DNA of 63,220 nt, counting the filler. It is 15 parts of 15 records of this genome, joined end to end, with 100 filler letters (N's around TTAATTAATTAA, not from the genome) between each part and the next. Parts side by side here need not be neighbours in the genome. Positions count along the whole stretch, not along the records: positions 22,010 to 26,473 come from SRR15195285_9139; positions 26,574 to 31,615 come from SRR15195285_9141; positions 31,716 to 34,992 come from SRR15195285_9143; 12 more parts are not named here. One strand, given 5' to 3'. Below, piece after piece: positions 22,011 to 33,005 of this stretch (the stretch's first letter is position 1; every line of letters begins with the position of its first letter). Made by a program: the position numbers and the translations under genes. A model generated the notes under the pieces. That model saw only the letters and a list, made by a program, of their open reading frames with translations, was not told where the DNA came from and did not search any database.

Positions 22011-25000
22011 TATGTCAATCTCGAGTACGCCGAGCCTGTATCTGAGGATGAGAGGATCTCTGAGATCATCTCAGCAGGTTCTGCTAGACATCACGGTGCT
22101 GGTGGTGTTGCGCACGAAGAAGCAGGACAAGATGGCTTTGTGCGCATTGCTGTAGATGGTACTGAATTTGACTTTGAAGCAGGTCAGGCCTACATCTGGA
22201 CGTACACACCTGCTGTTTCACTCATAGAAGCGCCGAGTTCCCACAACACGCAGACGTGGTGCAGACCCACCGTGGACGAGACCAGCCCTGGCCTCTGGAA
22301 CATGTTTGCACCAGGATGTGTTGAGCCGCAACATCGCATTGCCATTTACCCACGACAAAGCATCGAACAATGCAAAGCCAAGTGTTTGGAGACAGATGGC
22401 TGCGTCGCGATTGTGTATAGACCACCACGGCTAGAGCCTCAGGATGAATCGACCAACTGCAAGCCGAATGGGATGCGTTTCATGTTCGAGCCACGAGACT
22501 GCGAATTGACATCAAGCTCTAACCCTGCAGGTTGCAGTGGCGCACAAGAGGACCTTGAACTCCATATACGACCGGAACAACTCGCCTCGAGACTCGGTGT
22601 ATCTGAGGGCGACAGTTGTTCCGACCACTCAGACTGCGCAGCAGGCCTATATTGTGATACATCAATGCACTGCGTCTCGTGTGTACGCATAACAGCGACA
22701 ATATGCGATGCAGTTGACTGCAGCGCAGGACCTTGTGCCGATTGTTGCGAAGATGTGGCGCTGTTAGCACAATGTCCTTTCTCACAGTTCCAGAGCTTTG
22801 CTACACGCTGCAGCATGCAGGCAGAACGTGATGGTGTTCGCAACCTACCGGAGCTCAGTCGCGACTTCGTGTACCTGGGTTGTTGGTCGACTGAAGCCGG
22901 CAGCGTTGCACTCTCAGCAGAAACACGGACAGTGCTGACGGGACCTGTGTCACCAGCTCTCTGCAGCACCGCATGTGCTTCAGAGCACACACACTTTGCT
23001 CTACAGGTCAGTGGAGCTTGCCTTTGTGGTGGAGAGCCAAGCGATGCGTCTACAGAGCGGGACACATTCGAGTGTAACCAACCTTGCAGTGGTGACTCGG
23101 TGTCGAGGTGCGGAGGCACATCCACGCAGGCAGTAGGCAGCGCCGGTCCAGTGATACGCAGCAGCGTGTACAAAGTCGTGGCCTGTCCTAAGGGCTTTAC
23201 CCGTGCACAAAATGGACAGACATGTGGAGTGTGTCTGCCAGGTACCGAGGCTGTGAGCCCAGTCTCGATCATCGGAAACCCTCGCGTCGTTCCAGGCCCA
23301 CAGGGCTCAACCGGTGGGTTGGTGTTTGGGGATGGAGATGCACTGCTACTTGGGACCGCGGGCATTGACATTCATGGCGACTTCTCCGTCCAAGCCATGT
23401 TCCAACCGTTGGACAGTCTGCATGGCTTGGGCCAGCTGACGGGCGTGCTGCTCAGTTCCGGTGTACCACCCCCGAAGCAGGCCGAAGCGGACGCGTCCTC
23501 TCTTTGTTCAGCGCTGTCATGCGACGAATTGACCGCAGAAGCGTTGGTGAGAGGAGGAGCTGAAAATCGGGGTTGGGTCGTGCAGACGGACGGTTCATAC
23601 GGAAGGAGCACGTTAGACTCTCCCCTCGTGTGTGGCGCTAGCACCACAGACGCGCGCCTTTCCTGCGCTTTTGGAACTTGGATGGAAGCGGCAGAGACGT
23701 GCGAATCTGTTGGGGCGCGATTGTGTACAATTGCAGAGCTCCAAGCGGACGAGACAGCACACACCGGCTGCCAAATGAATGCTGGATGGGTGTGGTCGAG
23801 TGAAGATTGCAACGACGGTGAAGGACATCTCATCACCTCTGGAGGGACGTTCGCAAACAGCGCTTTTGACGCGGAATTATGTGAACCCGCAATCGCAGGT
23901 GCAGCTGCAAACGACCACGTGAGCTGCAAGCCGCTGTGCCAAAACAATGACGACGTGCACGCACCACCCGCAGCGAAAGCAGATCCATCTTTGGAAGAGA
24001 TCGCTGTGCGCTGCTGTGGCGATGTCGATCCGGACGAGTGCAAGGCTGCGGCCGTGGCGGCAGCTGCACAAGCTCAGCGTCCGTGCACCGATGCCGACGC
24101 GGGCGTGACGATGAGGCAATGGACAAATGGACTTCCGCCGTACGATGTCGCGCCAACTCTGGCAGACCTGGACTCGTTTTTGATATCCCGAGGGGACCCA
24201 GACTCTACCAGTGTCAATAGCGACGCGTTCATGTCTCCGATGTTCATGTCTCCTCAAAGCGAGTGTCACGATTGCGCATATGAACTGGAAGCAATCTTCG
24301 TGGCCACGACCACTGGCGAGCATCGGCTTCACCTTACGAGCGATGATGCAGGTCAACTCTGGTTTGGCGACACAAAGGAGCAGGCCATGGCGGCAGATCC
24401 GGTTGCCAGTGTCCCTGGCTGGTCATTTCCCGATGACTGGACCAAGTACCCATCGCAAACCTCTGCGCCGATCCGTCTGCAACGCGGCAGCAGCTACTTT
24501 ATCCGGGCTGCCGCCCTGATGGGCGGAGGGCAAAACAATCTAGGGGTCGGGATTAGCAATTCGGTCGAGAGTCTGCTTCCAATTCCTGTCAGTGCGGGAC
24601 TGTACGCAGGTTGTAGCGGACTGCCTGAAAAAGTATACATCGGCGTCGACCTGGAGCTGAGCTGGGAGGACGCGCGCGATTACTGCCGCGCGCACTACAC
24701 TGATCTCGCCAGCATCCACAGCGTCGACGACAACGATCGGGTGGTGGCGGAGTGTCGAAAGACCTCGGCGCATAGCATAAGCAACGAACAAATGTGGTAT
24801 ATGGCACACGGGTGTTTTATCGGATTCTACGACGCCGATGTAGAGGGTGATTGGTTATGGAGCGATGGAACCAAGGTGGACTTCACAAACTGGCACCCTG
24901 GAGAGCCGAACAACAACGAAGCCAGTGGTGGCTTTGCCAACTACGGCTTCGTATTTGACGATGGTGATGCCGAAGCATTGTGGGACGACGTCTTCAGACT

Positions 25001-26381
25001 CGGGCCCGGATCATCCAGGGCAAATCAGGATGTGCCAGGAACAGGATTCGTTTGTGAAGACGACAGAGTGGGCGACGAGCGTCGCAAAATGTATGCGGGC
25101 GTCTCGCTCCCACTTGAGTGGGAAGACGCGCGTGACTACTGCATTACGCACTTTACAGACGGCGACCTGGCCAGCATCCACAGTGTGGAGGATAACGAGC
25201 AGGTGCTGAATGCATGCAGTAGTGTTAATATGAACTCAGGGCATTGGTGTTGGATTGGATTCCATGACCTGAATGTCGAGGACGATTTCGAGTGGGCCGA
25301 TGGCAGCGACGTTGGTTTTTTGAACTGGGTTCCGGATCAGCTGGACAATTGGGGTGGAGACCGCGACAGTGTGACCGGCGACCAAGACTACTCGATGCTG
25401 ATGGTAGACAACATGGGAGGACCCGCATTATCCTGGACCAATCGTGCTGGACAATTTACACCAGGGCAATGGGATGACGGCGGTAGTATCGCAGGCCAAA
25501 CCAGAAATGCAGGCCCGCAGGTGGGGTTTGTGTGCCAGTTTTACGAGGGTAACCGGATCGCAACTCCTCGGCCACCTTGGCAGCGCAGCACCACTGACAG
25601 CTTTGTCCTCGAATCAAAGCAGCATGTCGGATGTTACCTCGCCAATTGGCAGAAGCTGCTTGTCTCAGATCACCCGATTGACGCGTACAACGGGCCGTAC
25701 GTTCCTGTCGCCAAATGGTCGGGGTACAGTGCATATTACAATAGCGTAGGCGGCGCTTATCTATACAGCTATACCACTGCGGCCGCAGACTTTCCTTGCG
25801 GACCACAGCGCTGTGATGCGTGCCAACATGCACTGTGCGAGTTGCAGTCGGGATGTATCTGGTTTGCAGCAAGTTGTTACCGAGGTGTCTCGTACCGGGA
25901 CTCGTTCGACCAAGGAGACGTGAGTGGATGGGTAGTGAGCAATCCGCTCAGGCAGGGGCATCAACCATGGATAGGCGCAGATCTATCCCAGGCTGGCCAT
26001 TTAAACAACGGTACGCTTGGAAACAAGGTTCTCGGAGGCCGAGGAATGTTCTGCAGAGGAGCGCGGGCATTCCAGATATTCGATACCGACTACGAACACA
26101 CTGAGGCCAAAATCTCGTTGACCTTCTATGCATACGGCAGTTGGGATGGCAACAATCAAGGCCAAGTGTGGATAGATTCAGAGATAGTGTGGGAAAGGAC
26201 CTTTCCCCACATGAATCGGCGTCAACCTCCCACTCAAGCGCGAGTTGACGTCACCGTGCCTCACACTTCCAAACAACTTAAGTTGCAGATCACGACAACG
26301 CTGGACCAAGACTGTGATGCAGCCACGCGCGCCAAAAACTTGTGTTCATATAGGCGTCATACATTTTGGACAGGGAAATGA
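22011..26381 (+). CDS. Large Cys-rich extracellular mosaic protein (PAN, WSC, LamG-like fragment, PA14, two C-type lectin domains); 5' truncated, 3' end uncertain
   Basis: Frame is open from the contig start. WSC YLGCW...CSTAC...CLCG...CSGD...CGG; PA14 LTSDDAGQLW; CTLDs SWEDARDYC...LASIHS...W.DG...F.NW, one with EPN. Confidence 0.8.
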   Translation, partial: YVNLEYAEPVSEDERISEIISAGSARHHGAGGVAHEEAGQDGFVRIAVDGTEFDFEAGQAYIWTYTPAVSLIEAPSSHNTQTWCRPTVDETSPGLWNMFAPGCVEPQHRIAIYPRQSIEQCKAKCLETDGCVAIVYRPPRLEPQDESTNCKPNGMRFMFEPRDCELTSSSNPAGCSGAQEDLELHIRPEQLASRLGVSEGDSCSDHSDCAAGLYCDTSMHCVSCVRITATICDAVDCSAGPCADCCEDVALLAQCPFSQFQSFATRCSMQAERDGVRNLPELSRDFVYLGCWSTEAGSVALSAETRTVLTGPVSPALCSTACASEHTHFALQVSGACLCGGEPSDASTERDTFECNQPCSGDSVSRCGGTSTQAVGSAGPVIRSSVYKVVACPKGFTRAQNGQTCGVCLPGTEAVSPVSIIGNPRVVPGPQGSTGGLVFGDGDALLLGTAGIDIHGDFSVQAMFQPLDSLHGLGQLTGVLLSSGVPPPKQAEADASSLCSALSCDELTAEALVRGGAENRGWVVQTDGSYGRSTLDSPLVCGASTTDARLSCAFGTWMEAAETCESVGARLCTIAELQADETAHTGCQMNAGWVWSSEDCNDGEGHLITSGGTFANSAFDAELCEPAIAGAAANDHVSCKPLCQNNDDVHAPPAAKADPSLEEIAVRCCGDVDPDECKAAAVAAAAQAQRPCTDADAGVTMRQWTNGLPPYDVAPTLADLDSFLISRGDPDSTSVNSDAFMSPMFMSPQSECHDCAYELEAIFVATTTGEHRLHLTSDDAGQLWFGDTKEQAMAADPVASVPGWSFPDDWTKYPSQTSAPIRLQRGSSYFIRAAALMGGGQNNLGVGISNSVESLLPIPVSAGLYAGCSGLPEKVYIGVDLELSWEDARDYCRAHYTDLASIHSVDDNDRVVAECRKTSAHSISNEQMWYMAHGCFIGFYDADVEGDWLWSDGTKVDFTNWHPGEPNNNEASGGFANYGFVFDDGDAEALWDDVFRLGPGSSRANQDVPGTGFVCEDDRVGDERRKMYAGVSLPLEWEDARDYCITHFTDGDLASIHSVEDNEQVLNACSSVNMNSGHWCWIGFHDLNVEDDFEWADGSDVGFLNWVPDQLDNWGGDRDSVTGDQDYSMLMVDNMGGPALSWTNRAGQFTPGQWDDGGSIAGQTRNAGPQVGFVCQFYEGNRIATPRPPWQRSTTDSFVLESKQHVGCYLANWQKLLVSDHPIDAYNGPYVPVAKWSGYSAYYNSVGGAYLYSYTTAAADFPCGPQRCDACQHALCELQSGCIWFAASCYRGVSYRDSFDQGDVSGWVVSNPLRQGHQPWIGADLSQAGHLNNGTLGNKVLGGRGMFCRGARAFQIFDTDYEHTEAKISLTFYAYGSWDGNNQGQVWIDSEIVWERTFPHMNRRQPPTQARVDVTVPHTSKQLKLQITTTLDQDCDAATRAKNLCSYRRHTFWTGK

Positions 26382-26573
26382 TCTGAAAGCGCTGTTCGTG
26401 ACGACCAGAGCAGCCGGCCGGCGGGCCGGGCTGAGCGTGCTGGACGCACGAAAAACGGCCAGAGCTCCCGTGCNNNNNNNNNNNNNNNNNNNNNNNNNNN
26501 NNNNNNNNNNNNNNNNNTTAATTAATTAANNNNNNNNNNNNNNNNNNNNNNNNNNNNNNNNNNNNNNNNNNNN

Positions 26574-28679
26574 CACCACCACCACCACCACCACCACCAC
26601 CATCACCAGCTGCTGCTCTTCCTGTCGCTGTGCAGCCGTTCCGTTGAAAGCAGCGGCCTGGGCGGCCTGGCGCATCGGCCTACGTACCACCTGCTTCCGC
26701 AGGGCTCAGAAGCAGGCTGGATCTCGGACCCGAACGGCCCGATCTATTACAAAGGGCGGTACCACGTGTTCTACCAGGCTGCAACGTCTGCGCAGATGCG
26801 CTCGCACTGCACGGCATCGTCGTGTTCTTTCCACACGCCCGATCCGGTCTCTTGGTAAGTGCAACCACTATCGCAACATCGTTCTTGAACAGCTAGAGTA
26901 GTCCCTCGCACGTACTTTCCAGTCACAGCACCTGGTGCTGGCCGATACATTCACAACTCAGGGGACACATGAGTAGCACGGATCTCACTCACTGGGTGCA
27001 GCATCCGATGGCCATCGCACCTGCTGCGCCAACATCCTATGAGGGTGCAGATGTCTACTCAGGCGCCATGATTGAGGATCCATCTGACGGTTCCGTCAAG
27101 GCATTCTTTGCGTGCGGATGTGGCGATGCCAAGCCTCCGGGGGGTCACAACGACGCGGTATGCTACGCCTCATCTTCTGACGAAAACCTTACAACCTGGA
27201 AAAAGCACGACGGCCCACACGGGTCTGTGGTGCTGTACATTCCAGAAGCACTGGGCGCAGACAACTCCCAATACTTAGCAGAAGCGGGTTCGCAATTTCT
27301 CTTTCGGAACGCAAGCGACGGCAGCTGGATCATGATGGTTGGCAGCGGTGTGAAAAAGACCCGACAAATGGCAACGCTGTTGTTTTCGGCGGCTGATCTC
27401 AAACCAACAACGCCATGGGTGTACAAAGGAGCGCAATTTGTGGGTGGTGGCGCGCATGGTGGCGCATGGTGCCCATATTTTGCGCGCCTTGACCCGAAAG
27501 GAGACCCAGACAGTGTTGCTCTCGACTTTCAGAACTGGGTCGCCCGTGGCACCCTGCAACCTCCAGATTACAGATTTGTCCCCACAACTACCGATGCCAG
27601 TAGTTCTGACCAAGAGAGCTGGCCATTGCTAGACGCTGGCAATGCTCATGTCTCAGCAGTCTTCGTAGGACAGGAGCCTAAAGGCAGACAGAACATTGTT
27701 ATGAGGTGGCTGACAGGAGCGCCTAGCTGTGTTGATATTCCTGGACGTGTAGATAGAAATACGAAGGTCGAATCGGCCTCATCCCGTGCAAATATCAGCG
27801 TGTCCGCTGCTGCATCTGGGGAGAAGTGTGATCCGAACATGTCACGGGCGTGCTCAGTCGAATGGGGCTGGGTCGGGGTACATTCGTTGCCAATAACAAT
27901 CGAGAAGGCTGCTGACGTAGTACAGAATACCCAGCAGCTAGCGTATCGGGTCGTTGAGGAAGTGGAGGCACTCCGGATACCACAGACCCACGCGCGATCG
28001 TATCACCTCGACAGCGTGGCCCGGGCTAGCATCTCAGTCGATCCAGACAGCCCGGCAATCGAGAGACAAGGCCACCATAAAGCAAACGTGCAGTGGCATG
28101 CTGCAGCCAGGGTGAGCTGCTGACCCACGCTTCCTGTCTGTGTGGTCGAATTCGTTGCATACTCTAACACTCCACCTCCACCCTCTAACATCTCTCTCAT
28201 AACAGGGGTCTGCTATCGAGCTGTTGATTAACATTTCCCTGCCGACGTCCACTAGCACTAGTGCCATCAGTTGCCATGCTGGGCTGGTGGTGCGAGCGAC
28301 AGCGGATGGCTCGGAGCAGACGGTGATCAGCCTCGTGAGCTCGCAGGCCGGCGTTGCATTGGTCGTTAACCGAACGCTGTCCTCGCTCTCGGAGAATCAG
28401 ACGCGAGCCCCGCTGCTGCACCAACTTCCTTCGGCAATGAGCGGACGCTCAGACAACACTTTGCGGGTCTGGGTAGATAAGTCAGTTATCGAAATATTCG
28501 TAGGAACTCACACTATACTGAGCACGCGAGTGTATCCGGTCGCAGGGGACGAAGCTGATCGTGTAGCTACTGTCTTGTCGCCGGGTAGTGGCAGTGGCAC
28601 ATCGTGCGGCTTTGCTGGGCCTCTGGAAAGCTGGGAGATGGAAAATGTTTACGGGGATGCCTCTGAGCTAGGGCACTAG
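26574..28679 (+). CDS. Glycoside hydrolase family 32-like protein with divergent catalytic motifs; exons <26574-26854, 26962-28111, 28206-28679
   Basis: [19 protein letters not shown], spliced [15 protein letters not shown] and C-terminal [13 protein letters not shown]. Canonical introns at 26855-26961 and 28112-28205. Confidence 0.85.
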
Positions 28680-28872
28680 GTCTGGGGACGCGCGTAGGGA
28701 AATTGACCCAGCGACATTCGTTCGCGCAGTAATGAATGATTATCGCATTCAGTAACGTAATCACAGTGGATTGATTGACTGCATCTGGAGTTTACGCCAG
28801 ATGATACTGCGCTGCACTGCACGCCGCACTAGTACTGTGAGCCTAGGGCAGGATTGGCGGCTCGGCTATGTG

Positions 28873-31599
28873 CTATAGGCCCTGCGGCAAATTAGTGACC
28901 GTGACCATCTCTTCAAAGTTCTGGCCGTTAGTTGACCACAACACCTGTCGTGCAGTACAATGCAGTAGCACGATCAGGCCACAGTATGTCGATGTTCTGT
29001 GAGTCAACAGTGCAATGGCTCTACTGGCGAACAGGTCGTAAATGTGTGTGGATAAGGAGCGCAATGCGAGTGACAGCGCACCTTGAGCTTGAGCTGGATC
29101 GGCTTCACGCCGTGCTCGCTGTTGGCCAGCTTAATCACCTGCGTGATGTTTGGTGGCATAGTCATACCGCTCGCCTCACCCTGCGCGGGGACAAGAACCA
29201 TCAAGCGGATCATCAAGACAGACCAGCCACAACCTAACCAGCAGCAGCAGAGCAGGGAAGGGCAGCAGCATCGAGACGACAAGGTGTATGTAGAAAAACG
29301 ATCATGACAGTGGTGGTGGCCATGATGGGACACGCACCATCTGCATGCGGATGTACTTCGGGACAGCCGCCTGCATCTGAAAGCCGGTCACCGATGGCTG
29401 GTTGGTCACAACTGTGGCGTTGATCGCCGTCATCGAGGCGTTGTTCGGCGCCTTCGCGAAGTCCATGCGAATCTGAATGCCCTTGCCTTGGTACGCAATG
29501 ATCTGCGGGAATGCGCCGGCAGCAGGAGCACCCACTGGTGGCGGAGCAGCGACCGGAGCCGGGGCCGCTGCCATCATCGGCGCAGGCGCGGGCGCCGGTG
29601 CTGGGCCACCAAGCAAGTCGCCCAGCAAATCTCCTCCACCGCCACCGATCGGAGGCGCAGCAACAGGCGCTGGGGTAGGGGCAGGGCCACCCAGCAAGTC
29701 TCCCAGCAGGTCACCGGCAGCGTCGGCCGTGGCCGGGGCGGCGACTGGTACGGACACCCCTGGGCCGTCACCGAGCAAATCGCCTAGCAAGTCACCGGTC
29801 GCGTCCGGCGCAGGAGCGGGTCCATCGTCTGGGTCGTCGTCGATCAACCCCCCGGCGGCAACCCCACCACCGCCACCCACCTCACTCGCCGGCGGTAGCG
29901 AGAGCCCCCCTGTGTCTGCACCTCCTGCATCGTACCCACTGTCTTCGTCATAGTCCCCTGCAGCGATTGCCTTTGCTCGCCGGACAACTGCCATGTCAAC
30001 CGCTGGCATCCTCTCCAGCACTGCCGAGCGGATCTCCAACTGGTCCACCAATTGACTGTATTCGCAAGTGCGACTCTGAAGCTCAAGTGAGACGCTGTGG
30101 TCGTAGTACTGCAGGAGACTCTTGATCCGTGCTAGGCCAGTGAAGCGTGCGCTGAGCTTCACCAGCGCCGTCATTGCGTACTCCTTCGTTGCTGTGACGG
30201 TGGTGTTGAGCTTAAGATACCGCTCCACCAGGTCCAAGGTGTCGTCCTCCGATACCGGCACCGGAGTCTCCTCGTCGCCGGCACCCTCGCCGCTCACCAG
30301 CATCTCGCCGTACTCACCGATGCACCACAAGGTGACCTGAGCGAGGGACTGCAGGGTGAGTTCTTCCGACGCGGCTACGTACAGCTTCTGCACAGCATAT
30401 CCGTAGATCTCAGGGTTGCTGATGACTAGCGTGATGAGCTGCGTCGTTGTCTCCTCCCGAACCTCATTGCCCGCGAGCAGCAGCACCTTGATCACGGTGT
30501 CGATGTGGTATCGTTTGTTTGGCGCAAACTCGTCAACACAGGTCATGATCTTCATCGCAAGCTCGCCCTTCATCGCTGTCTCCGCTTCGCTCAGGTAGTC
30601 CACCAGCTCACGCACCAGAATGCGCACGTTGTCCTGGTTAACAAGCGAGTACACCAGGTGCTGGGCACGGTGCCGGATGGAAATATCCGCGTCCTTCAGA
30701 CATTCGACAATCGTGCCGCGGTGGCGCTGCACTGACTGGCTGTCGTCCTTGACAACGGTGCCGAGGGTCGCCAGAGCGACATAACGGATGTTATTGTCGC
30801 GGTTCAGCAGGAAGCGCCCCAGCACATTGACGGCAAGAGTGCGCAGGCCGTTTTCCGACTCGACGGCCATGATGGTCATGATGCACTCATACACGATTGC
30901 GTTCCCTGCATTCTTTGTGATCTCAGTGTTGGTAACAACCTGGGCGAGGATGTCTGCCATTTTGTCGCTAGCCTCCACATCGCGCGTACCCAAAATGCGC
31001 AGCAGCCGGAGGCAAGCGACCTGCAGAAACGGATCGGTCAGGCCGGACACGTCGTGCTCGGGTGTGTAGCCGGAGTGCACTAGCCCACGCAGGATCCGGA
31101 CCAGCGTCGAGACTGTCTGTTGCCGGAAGAAGTCGACGAACTCATCCTGGGCGCAAATCTCTGTGATGCAGCTGACTGCGGTCAGGAGCACCGCGTGGTT
31201 GCGGTCGTTCAGCAGGGCTGGCATGTGATCGATGAAATTCTCGACCAGATCGGGCACCTTCCGCAGGATCCGCACCGTGGCGAGGCAGGCCTTCTTTCGC
31301 ACGTATGGGTTTTGGTTCTTAAGCAGCTTCTCCACATCTGGTGCAACGTCGGCTGACATCTCCATCGAGCTTATGTTGGCGACAGCGCACAGGGCCTGAG
31401 CTACCACGAAGTGGTTCGAGTCCTTCAGGTCGGCCTGGAGCGAGTTCGTCACCAGCATCAGCACCTCCTGCTTCTCGTCCAGCAGGAGCATCAGCGCCAG
31501 GTAGCCAATGCGCTTCTCGGAATACTTCGAGGTCGCGATCAGCTTGAGACACTCCATGTGACCAAAGTGCGTCGAGTAGCCCAGCATGTGAATGAACAG
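28873..31599 (-). CDS. AP1G1: AP-1 complex gamma adaptin, 5' truncated; exons 31599-29338, 29180-29082, 28944-28873
   Basis: HMLGY.THFG.MECLKLI, EKRIGYL, PEHDVSGLTDPFLQV, LERMP, DLL-rich hinge and ear domain QAAVPK. Both introns are phase 0. Confidence 0.95.
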
Positions 31600-31715
31600 C
31601 TGCGGCGCCAGGCCANNNNNNNNNNNNNNNNNNNNNNNNNNNNNNNNNNNNNNNNNNNNTTAATTAATTAANNNNNNNNNNNNNNNNNNNNNNNNNNNNN
31701 NNNNNNNNNNNNNNN

Positions 31716-32888
31716 GAGACAGTCTTCGGCGATGAATTAGTTATGCACACGGGCGGCATTGACCTCGCATTCCCACACCACGAAAACGAAATAGCCCAGT
31801 GTGAGGCCGCTTTCAACTTAAACACTGCATCAGACTGGCAGAGCGCGAAGGCTGAACAAGGTGCCAATGATGCGGCCGAGACATGGCATCCCTGGTGCCA
31901 TTACTTCGTCCATACAGGCCATCTTCACATTGCAGGGCGTAAAATGTCGAAGTCTCTCAAGAATTTCATTTCCATAAGTGACTTCCTGACTGTGGATTCA
32001 ATCGATCCGGCGGCAACGAAGACGGTTGAGCAAGGGCAGCAGCACGAACAAGAGCACTGTGGCACGCCGGGCAGCTTCCGAATGTTTTGCTTACTTCATA
32101 AGTACAATTCGAATGTGGTTTACTCGCCTGCGCGGATCGACGATGCCACGAAAGTTCTTAAGCGAGTCAGAGCATTTTTCAGCCGTGCTCACCGGCTTTT
32201 GCACGCTTCGACTGCAGCTTCTGCTCCATCCGGCGAACTCAAAGTTGGTGGGGAGTACGATCATTGGGGAGAAAGCAGCGAGTCTCTAGTGAAGTCAGTG
32301 TGGTCTGCCCGTGAGGGGGTTGAAGCAGCGTTGGCTGACGACCTTGACACGCCCACCGCCATTGCGGTGTTGCTGCAGCATATCTCATATACGCATGGAC
32401 TTCTTGACAAGGACGAGCAAGCGTCAGCGGCTGCAGGGGATGCACCTCGCGACACCCGAGGACCAGTGTCAGCGACCACGCAGCCGTTGGCTGGACTGTG
32501 GGTGTCAGTGCGCTATGTAGCGAACGTTTGTCGGCTGTTTGGACTCGACGATGCCGAAACCGGCGCGTTCGACTCCCTGCAGCTGTCTACTACCAGCAAC
32601 GGAGGCGTTAACGGAACAGCAACATTCGCGGATTCTGGAGGCGGCAACAGCGTAGCTGCTGGTAGTTGCGATGGTTTGAGCGCAGCAGAGTTCAATCGCA
32701 CCGTCGAAGAGATACTGCGTTTGCGTGGGATAGTTCGTTCTGCGGCAATGGACAAGCTCCCGCTCGACGTCGGTGAGCTGTGGTCGATTTGCGATCAATT
32801 CAGGGATGATGTGCTAGCAGGGCAGCTCGGTGTGTCCTTGAAGGACCACAGGGATGGTACCACCTCCTGGGAGCGAAAACGCAACTGA
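31716..32888 (+). CDS. CARS: Cysteinyl-tRNA synthetase, C-terminal half (5' truncated)
   Basis: HTGGIDLAFPHHENEIAQ, HTGHL, KMSKSLKNF, ALADDLDTP and CDQFRDD...LGVSLKD. Confidence 0.95.
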   Translation, partial: ETVFGDELVMHTGGIDLAFPHHENEIAQCEAAFNLNTASDWQSAKAEQGANDAAETWHPWCHYFVHTGHLHIAGRKMSKSLKNFISISDFLTVDSIDPAATKTVEQGQQHEQEHCGTPGSFRMFCLLHKYNSNVVYSPARIDDATKVLKRVRAFFSRAHRLLHASTAASAPSGELKVGGEYDHWGESSESLVKSVWSAREGVEAALADDLDTPTAIAVLLQHISYTHGLLDKDEQASAAAGDAPRDTRGPVSATTQPLAGLWVSVRYVANVCRLFGLDDAETGAFDSLQLSTTSNGGVNGTATFADSGGGNSVAAGSCDGLSAAEFNRTVEEILRLRGIVRSAAMDKLPLDVGELWSICDQFRDDVLAGQLGVSLKDHRDGTTSWERKRN

Positions 32889-33005
32889 TCGCAAACCCTG
32901 GACCTAGGGCTTTACGGATAATGCATTGATTCTGGATTAAGTTCGCTAGTACGGAGTAGGCTAGAATCAATCAGTGCATTACTACGAGATATAGCTATCT
33001 GGAAC

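Noticed and set aside
26574-26606. Poly-His tract at the GH32 N-terminus
   Set aside because: A CAC microsatellite at a contig edge that may be intronic (acceptor-like TGTGCAG at about 26635); it cannot be assigned to the protein.
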